From Lysobacteraceae bacterium (GTDB taxonomy: Bacteria > Pseudomonadota > Gammaproteobacteria > Xanthomonadales > Xanthomonadaceae), in assembly GCA_034376725.1 (NCBI GenBank), contig JAXMJH010000002.1, positions 12,541 through 76,540 of the forward strand: a stretch of 64,000 nt of DNA, read 5' to 3'. Positions 26,368 through 36,441 of this stretch are shown here, piece by piece (the first letter of the stretch is position 1; each line of letters starts with the position of its first letter). The position numbers and the translations under genes were made by a program. The notes beneath the pieces are model-generated. The model did no database searches, was not told where the DNA came from, and saw nothing but the letters and a program-made list of their open reading frames with translations.

Positions 26368-27186
26368 TTAACGTGTGCTGCCAGCCGGTGCGTTGCGCCA
26401 GAAAGGATCCAGCGCGCTGATCGCCGAGCGTCCCGGCCGATAGGCGGCTGCCAGCGCTCCGTGCAGGTAATGCCCGGCCTGTTCGCAGGCCGCTGCCAGC
26501 GGCAGGCCGAGGCAAAGATTGGCGGCAATGGCGGATGCCAGCGTGCATCCGCTGCCGTGGCCGTCGATCATCAGGCGCGGGTGGCGAAATCGATGGACCC
26601 TGCCGCCCTCGGACAGGCGATCGATGACCGGATCGCCGGGCAAATGACCGCCTTTGAGCAGCACCGCGCCGGCGCCCAGCGTGGTCAGTTCGTCGAGCGC
26701 CTGCTCGGCCTGGTCATGATCGGCGATGGCGCGGCCGACCAGTAGTTCGGCTTCCGGAATATTGGGGGTTATCACCGTGGCCATGGGCAACAGCCGGCGC
26801 AGGGCGTCGAGCGCGGCCGGATCCAGCAGGCGCGCGCCGGAGCTGGCCACCATGACCGGGTCGAGCACGATGCTGTCCGGGCGATAGTGGCTCAGCGCTG
26901 CCGCCACGGCCTCGATGAGTTCGGCGCTGGCCAGCATGCCCAGCTTGACCGCACCGATGTCGAAGTCGTCGAACACGGCATCGATCTGCGCGCGCAGAAA
27001 ATCGGCAGGCGGCGTATGCACCGCGGTCACCGCGCGGGTGTTCTGCGCGGTCAGCGCAGCGATGGCGCTCAAGCCGTGAAGACCGTGCGCGGCAAAGGTT
27101 TTCAGATCGGCCTGGACACCCGCGCCGCCGCCCGAATCCGAGCCGGCGATGGTGAGCACGCAGCGCCAAGGCGGTGATGCGGTCAT
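26368..27186 (-). CDS. thiD: hydroxymethylpyrimidine/phosphomethylpyrimidine kinase
   Basis: Only the last 272 aa of track ORF 26368..27840 are real. [22 protein letters not shown] and [14 protein letters not shown] are ThiD motifs. The ATG at 27186 overlaps the stop of the upstream GNAT gene (ATGA). Confidence 0.9.
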   Translation of the reverse strand: MTASPPWRCVLTIAGSDSGGGAGVQADLKTFAAHGLHGLSAIAALTAQNTRAVTAVHTPPADFLRAQIDAVFDDFDIGAVKLGMLASAELIEAVAAALSHYRPDSIVLDPVMVASSGARLLDPAALDALRRLLPMATVITPNIPEAELLVGRAIADHDQAEQALDELTTLGAGAVLLKGGHLPGDPVIDRLSEGGRVHRFRHPRLMIDGHGSGCTLASAIAANLCLGLPLAAACEQAGHYLHGALAAAYRPGRSAISALDPFWRNAPAGSTR

Positions 27187-27824
27187 TTTTGCAGTTCCTC
27201 GAACAGATCGTCCAACTCGCTTCGCGCCCTTTGCAGCAAGACCGGGCGGGCCTTCTGCGGCCGGGTCAGGTCGAGCTCCACCCGAGCCACGCCGCCACTG
27301 TCGGGCACGTGGATGTGCTCGAAACCCAACTGCCGGGCCAGCGTCAGCATGGCGGTATTTTCTTCGAGGACATCTCCGTAGATCCGTTTCAGCTTGCGTC
27401 GCCGGGCGTAACCGATCAATCGCGTCATCAGCAGCCGGCCGAGGCCGAATCCGGCAACGAAGTGGGAGACCAGGATGGCGAACTCGGCCTCGCACCGATC
27501 CACATCGATCGACAACCGGGCGACCGCGCCAACCAGCGCCTCGCCGGGAGGCAGCGGCTCGGCCGCCACCAGCACGAACGCACGGCCTTGTTCCGGATGG
27601 GTGAGATCGTGAAGGTAATCGGGCGACAGCGACTTGACCAGATGCAGGTAACGCAGGCGGATCTCTTCGGGGCTCAGCAGACTGAATGCCGAGTCGATCG
27701 GGCCAGCGTCTTCGGGGCGGATACGCCGCAGCCACAGCACGCGGCCATTGGCCAGGCGCAAACGCTCGTTCCAGGCGCCGGGCAGCTTCTGTCGACGGAT
27801 AGGGATGACGGGTGAGCTTTTCAC
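27183..27824 (-). CDS. GNAT family N-acetyltransferase
   Basis: 213 aa. The acetyl-CoA motif-A-like segment is [37 protein letters not shown]. Confidence 0.7.
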   Translation of the reverse strand: MKSSPVIPIRRQKLPGAWNERLRLANGRVLWLRRIRPEDAGPIDSAFSLLSPEEIRLRYLHLVKSLSPDYLHDLTHPEQGRAFVLVAAEPLPPGEALVGAVARLSIDVDRCEAEFAILVSHFVAGFGLGRLLMTRLIGYARRRKLKRIYGDVLEENTAMLTLARQLGFEHIHVPDSGGVARVELDLTRPQKARPVLLQRARSELDDLFEELQK

Positions 27825-27885
27825 ATGCCAAGACTGCCATACCGGTCGGAACGGGCGCTCTAATGTGTTCAGCCGCCAGCCGGTC

Positions 27886-29043
27886 TCAGCCGCTCAAGGC
27901 CGCGAGAACCGCCGCCACGGTCCCTCTGAGTTCGGGAACCCAGCGCAGGACGATCACCAGATCGTGAACCTCGTCGATGTAGATATAGTGACCGCCGAAG
28001 CCTGCGGCCCAGTAGGCCGACTCCGGCGCCTCCGGAATCGCCTGCCGGCCGGTGTTCAACCACCACAGGAAGCCATAGTCTGGCTTGGCCTCGGTGGGTG
28101 CGCGGATCAGATCGAACCAGGCATCGGGCAGCAATCGCTGCTCGCCCCAAACCCCCCGCCGCAGCATCAGCAGGCCGAACCGGGCATGGTCCTCGGCGCC
28201 GACGAACATGCCGCCACCGAAATGGCCGCCGCCGGAAACCGACTGGATCTTTTGGCCGTCCAGTGTCAACCAGGAGTTCTCGTAGCCGTGCCAGCGCCAG
28301 GTCGGACTGGCGCCGATCGGATCCATGATGCGCTCGCGAAGCAGCTCGGGCAGCGGCTGGCGGGCGACGTGAAGCAGGCTCAGCGCCAGCAGATTGATGC
28401 GTACGTCGTTGTATTTGAAGCGGCTTCCGGGCGCGCTGAGCGGGCGGTTGGGCCAGTCGGCCTCGGTCTCGCCCTCCGGTCGGTCGGCCCAGTCCGGAAC
28501 CTCCCACAGCGTGCCCTGCCAGTCCGAAGTCTGCTGCAACAGGTGGCGCCAGGTGATCGGCGCGTTTTGCTCCGATGCAAACAGGCCCGGCTCGATATAA
28601 CCGGCGACGCGATGATCGAAATCGGCAATCCGGCCATCGGCCCAGAGCAGGCCGGCGACCGTGGCCAGGTAGCTTTTCACCGCGCTGAAGGTCATGTCCG
28701 GGCGCTGCACGTCGCCCCACTCGGCCACCTTGTAGCCGTGGCGCAGGATGATGCCGGCGCTGCCCACCCGGTCGCGGGTCGGTCCGAGAATCCGGTAGTT
28801 CGGTTCGCGACCGGTGTAGTTGTCGAGCAGCACCTGGCGCATGTCCGAGGGTTCGGTCACGGCACGGGCCTGGGCAAATGCCACGGCTTGCGTCAGCTTG
28901 CCGGCATCGAAGCCCAGCTCGGCCGGGCTTCGTGATTGCCAGTCGTGCCGGGGCGGAACGTAATCGCCGGTGCCTTGGGCGAGCGCGCCGCCAGCAGCGA
29001 GCGCGGCGACCAGCAGCAGGAGCGTTCGGATGCGGGCGATCAT
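27886..29043 (-). CDS. serine hydrolase, beta-lactamase/transpeptidase-like family (secreted)
   Basis: Start trimmed to MIARIRTLLLLVAALAAGGALA (signal peptide). SxxK motif in TFSAVKSYL. Confidence 0.7.
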   Translation of the reverse strand: MIARIRTLLLLVAALAAGGALAQGTGDYVPPRHDWQSRSPAELGFDAGKLTQAVAFAQARAVTEPSDMRQVLLDNYTGREPNYRILGPTRDRVGSAGIILRHGYKVAEWGDVQRPDMTFSAVKSYLATVAGLLWADGRIADFDHRVAGYIEPGLFASEQNAPITWRHLLQQTSDWQGTLWEVPDWADRPEGETEADWPNRPLSAPGSRFKYNDVRINLLALSLLHVARQPLPELLRERIMDPIGASPTWRWHGYENSWLTLDGQKIQSVSGGGHFGGGMFVGAEDHARFGLLMLRRGVWGEQRLLPDAWFDLIRAPTEAKPDYGFLWWLNTGRQAIPEAPESAYWAAGFGGHYIYIDEVHDLVIVLRWVPELRGTVAAVLAALSG

Positions 29044-29151
29044 GGTCTGCACTCCGGTGACAGGTCGTACACGATAACCCGAACCGCAGGCGTCGTTCAC
29101 TGCTGCAGGGCAGACGATCCAGCACGCTGCCGGGCTCGATGAAGCGCCCGC

Positions 29152-30009
29152 TCAGGCAGGCGGTTTGATCCACTCGACGACCGAGTCTGCGCGCTGTTCG
29201 CCCAGTAGCTTGCGCAGCTCGGGCAGGGCCTTCTTGAGCGCTGGCTCCAGTCCCCAGGGCGGATTGCAGATCAGTACGCCGCTGCCGTTCATGCGCAGCG
29301 GCGAGTCGGCCGGACGAACCAACAGCTCCACGCGCAGCGCCGAGGCCATCGGCAAGGCCGCCATGCGCCGCACCTGCCGGGCCATGCTGTGCCGCAATTT
29401 GATGGGATACCAGAGCATGAACACCCCTTGCGGCCAACGCCTCAGGCCGTCGGCAATGGCCGGCAGCGCGGTGTCGAACTCCTTGTCCTGGGCCTCGAAC
29501 GGCGGGTCGACCAGAACCAGGCCGCGTGCGAAGCGTTGCCCGCCCAGTCGTGGCGGCAACAGTGCCTTCAGCGCCTCGTAGCCGTCGTCGGCCTGAACGC
29601 TCACCTGCCCGTTGCCGTCGAACAGCGTTTTCAGGGCTTGCGCCTCTTCGGGTTGGGTTTCCCGGCACACCATGCGGTCCTGTTCGCGCAGGCGCTGGGC
29701 GATCAGCGCGGGCGAACCGGGGTAGGTGAGCAGCCGACCGCTCGGGTTGTGCGCCATCACCGCCATCAGATAGCTGGCCAATGTCTCATCCGCCGGAGGC
29801 TGACTGGCCAGCCGGACGATGCCGGCATCGGCCTCGGCGCTCTTTCTGGCCTCGTGACCGGCCAACTGATAGCTGCCGCGCCCGGCATGGGTGTCGAGCA
29901 CGAAGATGGGCGAGGGTTTTTTTCGCAGCAGGTCCAGCGCGGCCAGCAGCACCGCGTGTTTGAGCACATCGGCGTGGTTGCCGGCGTGGTAGGCGTGTCG
30001 GTAATTCAT
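29152..30009 (-). CDS. rlmJ: 23S rRNA (adenine2030-N6)-methyltransferase
   Basis: MNYRHAYHAGNHADVLKH is the characteristic RlmJ N-terminus, and DPPFE (VLVDPPFEAQ) is the methyltransferase motif IV. Confidence 0.9.
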   Translation of the reverse strand: MNYRHAYHAGNHADVLKHAVLLAALDLLRKKPSPIFVLDTHAGRGSYQLAGHEARKSAEADAGIVRLASQPPADETLASYLMAVMAHNPSGRLLTYPGSPALIAQRLREQDRMVCRETQPEEAQALKTLFDGNGQVSVQADDGYEALKALLPPRLGGQRFARGLVLVDPPFEAQDKEFDTALPAIADGLRRWPQGVFMLWYPIKLRHSMARQVRRMAALPMASALRVELLVRPADSPLRMNGSGVLICNPPWGLEPALKKALPELRKLLGEQRADSVVEWIKPPA

Positions 30010-30118
30010 CGCGCCAGACTACCCGATCCCCGAACGCGGGGGCTGTTCGCCCGACGGTTCTGGCGTTAGTCTCGACGCTCTTTCCGGCATCGGCCGGCTT
30101 GCATGATGGGGAGCGGGC

Positions 30119-31939
30119 ATGAAACGCGCGATCAGGTGGACGTTAGCGGCGGTGTTGTTGCTGGTACTGGTTTCGAGCGCGCTGTTGGCGCATACCGTGT
30201 GGTTCAAGCCGCTGAAAATAAATTGGTTTTTCGAGCGCGTGTTCATCGAGTTCGCCATCGACGATCCGCAGATTCTGTCCAGCCTGCGTATCCTGCCGGC
30301 TTGGCTGGACTGGTACAGCGATGACCTTACCGATCAATCGCTGGAGCGCGGCGACCGGCTGTCGAAGAAAGTCGCCGACGATCTTCGCATGCTCAGGCGC
30401 TACGACCGATCTGCGCTTGATGAGGACACCCGGCTCTCCTACGACATCCTTGAACATTTCCTGTCGGTCCAGGTGGACGGCCAGCCGTTCCGCTATCACA
30501 ACTATCCGCTGAACCAACTGTTCGGAATCCAGAACGGCATTCCCACCTTCCTGGCGACCCAACACCCGGTCGGCAGCGCCAAGGATGTCGCGAACTACCT
30601 GTCCCGCCTTGGCCAGATCGCCACGGTGTTCTCGCAGGTGATGGATGGCCTGAGGCTTCGCGAGCAGCAGGGCATCATCCCGCCGCGCTTCGTGGTGGAG
30701 AAAGTGCTGGCCGAAATGGAGTCCTTCGTCGCCGCGCCGCCGTCTGAGAACGTACTGTATTCCAGCCTTGCCGAAAAACTCGACGCATTAGGCGACGACA
30801 TCGGCGCAGACGAGCGCGAGCGTCTGCTGGCACAGACTTCGCAGTTGCTGTCGGAGTCGGTGTACCCGGCGTATCGAACCCTGATCGCCTACTACCGCGA
30901 ACTGCTGCCGCGCGCGCGGCCCAACAACGGTGTCTGGGATCTTCCCCAGGGCGCCGATTTCTACGCCTGGGCGGTGCGGATGCACACCACGACCGACATG
31001 ACGCCAGCGCAGGTGCACGCCATGGGCGTGTCCGAAGTGGCGCGCATCGAAGTCGAGATGGATGCCATTCTGCGCGCCGAGGGTCTGGAGGAGGGCAGCG
31101 TCGGCGAACGGGTTCAGGTCATCGCACAGCGTGAGGATCAGCTTTACCCGGACACCGACGAAGGCCGCCAGCAGATCATCGATGACTTCCAGGCGATCAT
31201 CGACGATGCCGATTCCCGGCTGGATTTCGCCTTCGACCTGCGGCCGAAGGCCGGCGTGAAGGTTGAGCGGGTGCCCGAGTTCCGCGAAAAGACCGCGCCC
31301 GGCGCCTACTACCAGCCACCGGCGTTCGATGGCTCGCGTCCAGGCATGTTCTACATCAACCTGCGCAACACCGCCGAGGTGGCGCGCTTCGGCATGCGTA
31401 CGCTGGCCTACCACGAGGCGATTCCCGGCCATCACTATCAGATTGCCCTGCAGCAGGAAATCACCGGCGTGCCGACGTTCCGCAAGATGCTGCCGTTCAC
31501 TGCGTTCGCCGAGGGATGGGCGCTGTACAGCGAGCGGGTGGCGGCCGAGTCCGGGTTCCTGCCCACGCCGCTCGACGACCTGGGCCGGCTGCAGGCGGAA
31601 ATGTTCCGCGCGGTGCGGCTGGTGGTCGATACCGGCCTGCACGATCAGCGCTGGACGCGCGAGCAGGCCATCGCCTACATGCTCGAAAAGACCGGCATGC
31701 CGGAAACCGACGTGGTCGCCGAGATCGAGCGCTACATCGTGATGCCCGGTCAGGCGCTGGCCTACAAGGTGGGCATGAATCACATTCTGGCGCTGCGCGA
31801 TGAGGCGCAGGCTGCGCTCGGCGAGCAGTTCGACCTGCGCGCCTTCCACCGTCTGCTGCTGACCGGTGGTTCGATGCCGATGACCCTGGTGAGCGAGCGG
31901 GTCGGGCAGTGGGCCGAGCAGACAAAGGCGGGCAACTGA
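30119..31939 (+). CDS. DUF885 family protein (putative metallopeptidase-like, exported)
   Basis: 606 aa with an N-terminal TM/signal and the HEAIPGHHYQ motif typical of DUF885. Confidence 0.8.
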   Translation: MKRAIRWTLAAVLLLVLVSSALLAHTVWFKPLKINWFFERVFIEFAIDDPQILSSLRILPAWLDWYSDDLTDQSLERGDRLSKKVADDLRMLRRYDRSALDEDTRLSYDILEHFLSVQVDGQPFRYHNYPLNQLFGIQNGIPTFLATQHPVGSAKDVANYLSRLGQIATVFSQVMDGLRLREQQGIIPPRFVVEKVLAEMESFVAAPPSENVLYSSLAEKLDALGDDIGADERERLLAQTSQLLSESVYPAYRTLIAYYRELLPRARPNNGVWDLPQGADFYAWAVRMHTTTDMTPAQVHAMGVSEVARIEVEMDAILRAEGLEEGSVGERVQVIAQREDQLYPDTDEGRQQIIDDFQAIIDDADSRLDFAFDLRPKAGVKVERVPEFREKTAPGAYYQPPAFDGSRPGMFYINLRNTAEVARFGMRTLAYHEAIPGHHYQIALQQEITGVPTFRKMLPFTAFAEGWALYSERVAAESGFLPTPLDDLGRLQAEMFRAVRLVVDTGLHDQRWTREQAIAYMLEKTGMPETDVVAEIERYIVMPGQALAYKVGMNHILALRDEAQAALGEQFDLRAFHRLLLTGGSMPMTLVSERVGQWAEQTKAGN

Positions 31940-31960
31940 GACAGTCGGCAGGCGCAGGGG

Positions 31961-31996
31961 GCGAGCAAAGGGCCGAGCAAAGGGCCGAGCAAAGGG
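31961..31996. repeat. 12-bp tandem repeat x3 ([G/C]CGAGCAAAGGG)
   Basis: GCGAGCAAAGGG CCGAGCAAAGGG CCGAGCAAAGGG, read directly, 22 nt after the DUF885 stop. Confidence 0.9.
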
Positions 31997-32005
31997 ATTT
32001 TATTT

Positions 32006-32042
32006 GCGCAGGGAACGGGCTATACTTCTCCGTTCCCTGCGC
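32006..32042. promoter_or_regulatory. 13-bp perfect inverted repeat with TATACT in the loop, upstream of rpsP
   Basis: GCGCAGGGAACGG - GCTATACTTCT - CCGTTCCCTGCGC, preceded by the AT-rich ATTTTATTT, 45 nt upstream of the rpsP ATG. Its function is unknown (operator, promoter element or terminator). Confidence 0.4.
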
Positions 32043-32086
32043 CCAACAGGCGCGGCCTTTCCCAGCTCAGAAAGAGTCCCAAACAC

Positions 32087-32344
32087 ATGGTCAAGATCCG
32101 TCTGACCCGCGGTGGCGCCAAAAAGCGTCCCTTCTATCACGTCATCGTCACCGACAGCCGCAACAAGCGCGACGGTCGCGCCATCGAGCGTCTGGGTTAC
32201 TACAACCCGATCGCTGCCGGTCAGGACAAGCGCGTCGAGATCGACACCGCACGCGTCGACCATTGGGTTGGCCAGGGCGCGCAGTTGACCGACAAGGTCG
32301 CCAACCTGGTCAAGCAGGCGCGTTCGCAGGCAGCTTCGGCCTGA
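32087..32344 (+). CDS. rpsP: 30S ribosomal protein S16
   Basis: [31 protein letters not shown]. Confidence 0.97.
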   Translation: MVKIRLTRGGAKKRPFYHVIVTDSRNKRDGRAIERLGYYNPIAAGQDKRVEIDTARVDHWVGQGAQLTDKVANLVKQARSQAASA

Positions 32345-32398
32345 GCCTGGGTCGGGCTTTGCGCCCGACACTGAGCGGCCTGCCTGTTCGTCCCGGTC

Positions 32399-32932
32399 AT
32401 GGCCTTGCCCACTGAACCCCAAGCCGCACGTGGCGACCGTCCGGTGCTGCTCGGGCGCATCGTGGGCGCCCATGGCATCAAGGGCCAGTTGCAGTTGCAA
32501 TCGTGGACCGATCCGCCGGAGGCCATTCTCGGCTACCGCCCGTGGCTGCTGTGCCACAACGGCTCGGAGCGCACGGTCACCAGCTTCCGCTCCAGGATGA
32601 CCGACAAGGGGCTGCTGATCAGCCTTCCGGATATCGAGGATCGGACCCAGGCCGAGGCCCTGAAAGGTGCCGAAGTGCGGGTGCTGCGCTCGCAACTGCC
32701 GCCGCCGGCGCCGGGCGAATACTACTGGGTCGATCTTGAGGGGCTGCTGGTCAGGACGGTGGAGGGCGTCGAACTCGGACGGGTCGAGCGCGTCCTGCCG
32801 ACCGGCGCCAACGATGTGCTCGAAGTGCACGGCGACCGGCTGCGTTTTCTGCCTTTCGTGATTGGCGAGTACGTCAAATCGGTGGACATCGATGACGGCC
32901 TGATCGTGATCGATTGGGACCCGGAATTCTGA
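32399..32932 (+). CDS. rimM: ribosome maturation factor RimM
   Basis: [16 protein letters not shown], a PRC barrel C-terminus, and position between rpsP and trmD. Confidence 0.9.
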   Translation: MALPTEPQAARGDRPVLLGRIVGAHGIKGQLQLQSWTDPPEAILGYRPWLLCHNGSERTVTSFRSRMTDKGLLISLPDIEDRTQAEALKGAEVRVLRSQLPPPAPGEYYWVDLEGLLVRTVEGVELGRVERVLPTGANDVLEVHGDRLRFLPFVIGEYVKSVDIDDGLIVIDWDPEF

Positions 32933-32940
32933 ATCGCGCC

Positions 32941-33699
32941 GTGCGCATCGACGTCGTCAGCCTGTTCCCCGAATTCATCCGACAATGTGCCGCGCTGGGC
33001 GTGGTCGGCCGTGCCGGCGAGCGCGGTCTGATCGAGGTGGAAACCTGGAATCCGCGCGACTTTGCCACCGGCAACTATCGGCGGGTCGATGACCGACCGT
33101 TTGGCGGCGGGCCGGGCATGGTGATGACCATCGACCCGCTGCGCGCCTGCCTCGCCGCAGTCCGCGAAGCCAACAGCGGTCCGGCTCCGGTGGTCTATCT
33201 CAGCCCCCAGGGCGAGCGCCTCACCCAGGGCGTCGTGCGTCGGTTGGCGGCACTGCCGGCGATGATTCTGCTCTGCGGCCGCTACGAGGGCGTCGATGAA
33301 CGCCTGCTGGCGGCCGAGGTGGACGAAGAAATCTCGATCGGCGACTACGTGCTGTCGGGCGGCGAACTGGCCGCAGCCGTGGTCATCGACGCCGTTGGCC
33401 GTTTGCAAGAGGGCGCGCTCGGGCACGCCGACTCGGCAAGCCAGGACAGCTTCGAGGACGGCCTGCTGGATTGCCCGCACTACACCCGACCGGATCGGCA
33501 CGCGCTGGGCGATGTGCCCTCGGTGCTGATGAGCGGCGATCATGCGGCCATCGCGGCGTGGCGGCGGCAGCAGGCGCTCGGCCGCACCTGGCTGCGTCGC
33601 CCGGATCTTCTGTCCCGTCTGTCGCTTGACCGGGCCGACCGCGCACTGCTGGACGGTTTCATCAGCGAATGGCGGCGAAACCCGCCAGCGGCCGATTGA
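32941..33699 (+). CDS. trmD: tRNA (guanine37-N1)-methyltransferase
   Basis: [12 protein letters not shown]...[14 protein letters not shown]...[11 protein letters not shown] prefer the GTG at 32941. The ATG at 32914, overlapping rimM, is an alternative start. Confidence 0.9.
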   Translation: MRIDVVSLFPEFIRQCAALGVVGRAGERGLIEVETWNPRDFATGNYRRVDDRPFGGGPGMVMTIDPLRACLAAVREANSGPAPVVYLSPQGERLTQGVVRRLAALPAMILLCGRYEGVDERLLAAEVDEEISIGDYVLSGGELAAAVVIDAVGRLQEGALGHADSASQDSFEDGLLDCPHYTRPDRHALGDVPSVLMSGDHAAIAAWRRQQALGRTWLRRPDLLSRLSLDRADRALLDGFISEWRRNPPAAD

Positions 33700-33884
33700 C
33701 AGACTGGCGCACGGCTTTAATTTCGGACTATAATTGCCGACTTGGCTGGGTCCAAGGCCCACCGTCGCGGCCCGTCGAGGGCAGACTTGCCAGTCGGACT
33801 TGCCAGTCCAATCGTTCGAAACAATCCGTCCCAGACCGGTTTCCTGCCGAGACCGACGCATCCATTGGTGCCACCATGAGCAAT

Positions 33885-34256
33885 CTCAACAAATCCATCA
33901 TTGCCGAATTCGAAGCCGAGCAGATGCAGCGCGTGCTGCCTGCCTTTGGTCCGGGCGACACCGTGATCGTCAACGTCAAGGTGAAGGAAGGCAATCGCGA
34001 GCGGGTCCAGGCGTTCGAGGGCGTGGTCATCGCCAAGCGCAATCGCGGCCTGAATTCTGCGTTCACGGTTCGCAAGATTTCCCACGGCTTCGGCGTCGAG
34101 CGCGTGTTCCAGAGCTACAGCCAGGTGATCGACTCGGTCGAAGTCAAGCGCCGCGGCAAGGTCCGCGCCGGCAAGCTGTACTACCTTCGCGATCTGGAAG
34201 GCAAGAAGGCGCGCATCCGGGAAGACCTCAACTACCGCGCGCCTGCGGAGAAGTAA
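33885..34256 (+). CDS. rplS: 50S ribosomal protein L19
   Basis: Start trimmed to [54 protein letters not shown]. Confidence 0.97.
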   Translation, partial: LNKSIIAEFEAEQMQRVLPAFGPGDTVIVNVKVKEGNRERVQAFEGVVIAKRNRGLNSAFTVRKISHGFGVERVFQSYSQVIDSVEVKRRGKVRAGKLYYLRDLEGKKARIREDLNYRAPAEK

Positions 34257-34298
34257 TCGGCGCAGTCCGGCCGCGCATTCCGCAGCCTGTCGCCCCGC

Positions 34299-34334
34299 CA
34301 AACGGCCGCCCACGAGGCGGCCGTTTGCGTTTGG
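34299..34334 (+). terminator. rho-independent terminator of the rpsP operon
   Basis: CAAACGGCCGCC-CACGA-GGCGGCCGTTTG (12-bp stem) followed by CGTTTGG. Confidence 0.7.
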
Positions 34335-34498
34335 CGCCTCAGCGCAGGCGGGAGCGCCGCTGTCTGTCGGCCGAACGGTCAGCGCAGTCAAGACCGGGCT
34401 AGCGGGGGCAGCGGCCCCGGCTGCCATGCGGTGCGGTCTGGCCCCGCGCGGTGCCGTGATCATGCTGCGCTGTCGAGCCTCGGGCTGGGCCGCGCAGC

Positions 34499-34526
34499 CT
34501 TGAAACCGGCGTTCGCGCGCCCATCT
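34499..34526 (+). promoter_or_regulatory. sigma32 (RpoH)-type heat-shock promoter of htpG
   Basis: CTTGAAA - 13 nt - GCCCATCT, compared with the consensus CTTGAAA-N13-15-CCCCATNT. It is about 30 nt upstream of the htpG ATG. Confidence 0.65.
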
Positions 34527-34558
34527 TGACTGCATCCCGTAGACACCCCGGAGACGCC

Positions 34559-36439
34559 ATGGCCGCTGTCCAGCCCGAGACCCACGACTTTCAGGCCGAA
34601 GTGCAGCAGGTGCTGCAACTGGTCATCCACTCGCTGTATTCCAATCGCGACATCTTCCTGCGCGAGCTGATCTCCAACGCTTCCGACGCCTGCGACAAGC
34701 TGCGATTCCAGGCGCTGCAGGACAGCACGCTGTTGGCCGACCAGCCTGATCTGCATATCGAAATCGAGGCCGACGCCGAGGCACGGACCCTGACCGTACG
34801 CGATACCGGCGTGGGCATGAGCCGCGAGGAACTGCTGGAGAATCTGGGTACCATCGCCCGATCCGGCACCAAGCGCTTTCTTGAAGCGCTCAGCGAAGGC
34901 CAGAAGGCCGATGCCAGCCTCATCGGCCAGTTCGGTGTGGGTTTCTATTCGGCATTCATTGTCGCGGATCAGGTGTCGGTGATCAGCCGCCGCGCAGGCG
35001 ACGCACAGGCCTGGATCTGGCGCTCGAGCGGCGACGGCCAGTTCACCGTCGCCCCCGGGCCCGACGACGCGCCGCGCGGCACCGCAGTGCAGTTGCATCT
35101 TCGCGAGGGCGAGGACGCCTATCTCGACGACTGGAAACTGCGCTCCCTGGTGCGCACCTATTCCGACCATATCGGGTTTCCGATCCGCATGCACAAGGCG
35201 GCCGGCGACGATGCGCCGGACAAGGACTGGGAAACCGTCAATCACAGCTCGGCCCTGTGGACCCTGCCGAAAAGCGAAATCAGCGACGACGACTATCAGG
35301 CGTTCTACAAGCATGTCGCTCACGACTTCGGCGACGCGCTGGCCTGGACTCACAACCGGGTGGAAGGCAACCAGAACTTCACTTCCCTGCTGTACATCCC
35401 GGCCAAGGCGCCGTTCGATTTTCAGTACGGTCGCGATGAGCGCAAGGGGCTGAAGCTCTACATCAAGCGGGTGTTCATCACCGATGCATCCGAGTCGATG
35501 CTGCCCGGCTACCTGCGCTTCGTGCGCGGCGTACTGGATTCCGATGACCTGCCGCTCAACGTGAGCCGCGAGACGCTGCAAAACAACCGGCAGGTGGAGC
35601 GCATCAAGGGCGCGCTGACCAAGCGCGTGCTGGATCTGCTCGATCGCACCGCCAGCGAGGACCGGAGCAGGTACGACACCTTCTGGCGCGAGTTCGGCAA
35701 CGTGCTCAAGGAGGGCGTGTCGGAAGACTTCGCCAACCGCGAGCGGGTGCTGAAACTGCTGCGCTACCCTTCGACGCGCAGCGCAAGCGCAGACCAGTGG
35801 GTGTCGCTGGACGACTATCTGTCCCGCGTGGTCGACGGCCAGGACGAGATCTACTATCTCACCGCCGACAGCTGGAATGCGGCCGCCAACAGCCCGCAGC
35901 TGGAGGCGCTGAAGGCGCGTGGCGTCGAGGTGCTGCTGATGCACGAGCGGATCGACGAGTGGCTGGCCGGCTACCTGAGCGAATACCAGGGCAAGCGATT
36001 GCGCAACGTCGCCAAGGGCGAGTTCGATCTGACCAAGCTGGGTGATCCCGCCGACAAGGCCGAGCGCGAGCAAAGCGCCAAGGACGCCGAGCCGGTGCTG
36101 GCCAGACTCAAGGCCCTGTTGGGCGACGCCGTCAAGGACGTGCGGGTGTCGGACCGGCTGACCGATTCCGCCGCCTGTCTGGTACTGGAAGAGCATGACA
36201 TGGCCCTGCACATGCAGCGCCTGCTGCAACAGGCCGGCCAGGACGCCCCGGCGGCCAAGCCCAATCTCGAGATCAATCCGGGCCATGCGCTGGTGCGGCG
36301 CCTGGCCGATGAAGGCGATGAAGCGCGTGCCGCCGATCTGGGCTGGCTGCTGTTCGAGCAGGCGCAGCTGGCCGGCGGTGGCGGGCTGGATGACCCGGCC
36401 CGCTTCAACGCCCGTATCAACCGGCTGCTGGTCGGCTGA
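34559..36439 (+). CDS. htpG: molecular chaperone HtpG (Hsp90)
   Basis: FQAEVQQVLQLVIHSLYSNRDIFLRELISNASDACDKLRF. The ATG at 34559 is preferred; the ORF opens at 34526. Confidence 0.95.
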   Translation: MAAVQPETHDFQAEVQQVLQLVIHSLYSNRDIFLRELISNASDACDKLRFQALQDSTLLADQPDLHIEIEADAEARTLTVRDTGVGMSREELLENLGTIARSGTKRFLEALSEGQKADASLIGQFGVGFYSAFIVADQVSVISRRAGDAQAWIWRSSGDGQFTVAPGPDDAPRGTAVQLHLREGEDAYLDDWKLRSLVRTYSDHIGFPIRMHKAAGDDAPDKDWETVNHSSALWTLPKSEISDDDYQAFYKHVAHDFGDALAWTHNRVEGNQNFTSLLYIPAKAPFDFQYGRDERKGLKLYIKRVFITDASESMLPGYLRFVRGVLDSDDLPLNVSRETLQNNRQVERIKGALTKRVLDLLDRTASEDRSRYDTFWREFGNVLKEGVSEDFANRERVLKLLRYPSTRSASADQWVSLDDYLSRVVDGQDEIYYLTADSWNAAANSPQLEALKARGVEVLLMHERIDEWLAGYLSEYQGKRLRNVAKGEFDLTKLGDPADKAEREQSAKDAEPVLARLKALLGDAVKDVRVSDRLTDSAACLVLEEHDMALHMQRLLQQAGQDAPAAKPNLEINPGHALVRRLADEGDEARAADLGWLLFEQAQLAGGGGLDDPARFNARINRLLVG

Positions 36440-36441
36440 CC

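Noticed and set aside
26368-27840. 490-aa ORF suggesting a large fusion protein upstream of ThiD
   Set aside because: Only the C-terminal 272 aa match ThiD. The N-terminal 218 codons overlap the GNAT gene in another frame and are Arg/Pro-rich. The thiD ATG at 27186 overlaps the GNAT stop.
27825-27885. TPP riboswitch expected upstream of a thiamine gene
   Set aside because: thiD is translationally coupled to the GNAT gene. The 61-nt gap upstream of that gene is too short and lacks the CUGAGA/ACCUGA core.
27869-29668. 599-aa minus-strand ORF spanning the serine hydrolase and rlmJ region
   Set aside because: It is out of frame with both supported genes and has extreme Arg/Gly/Ala/Pro composition; artefact.
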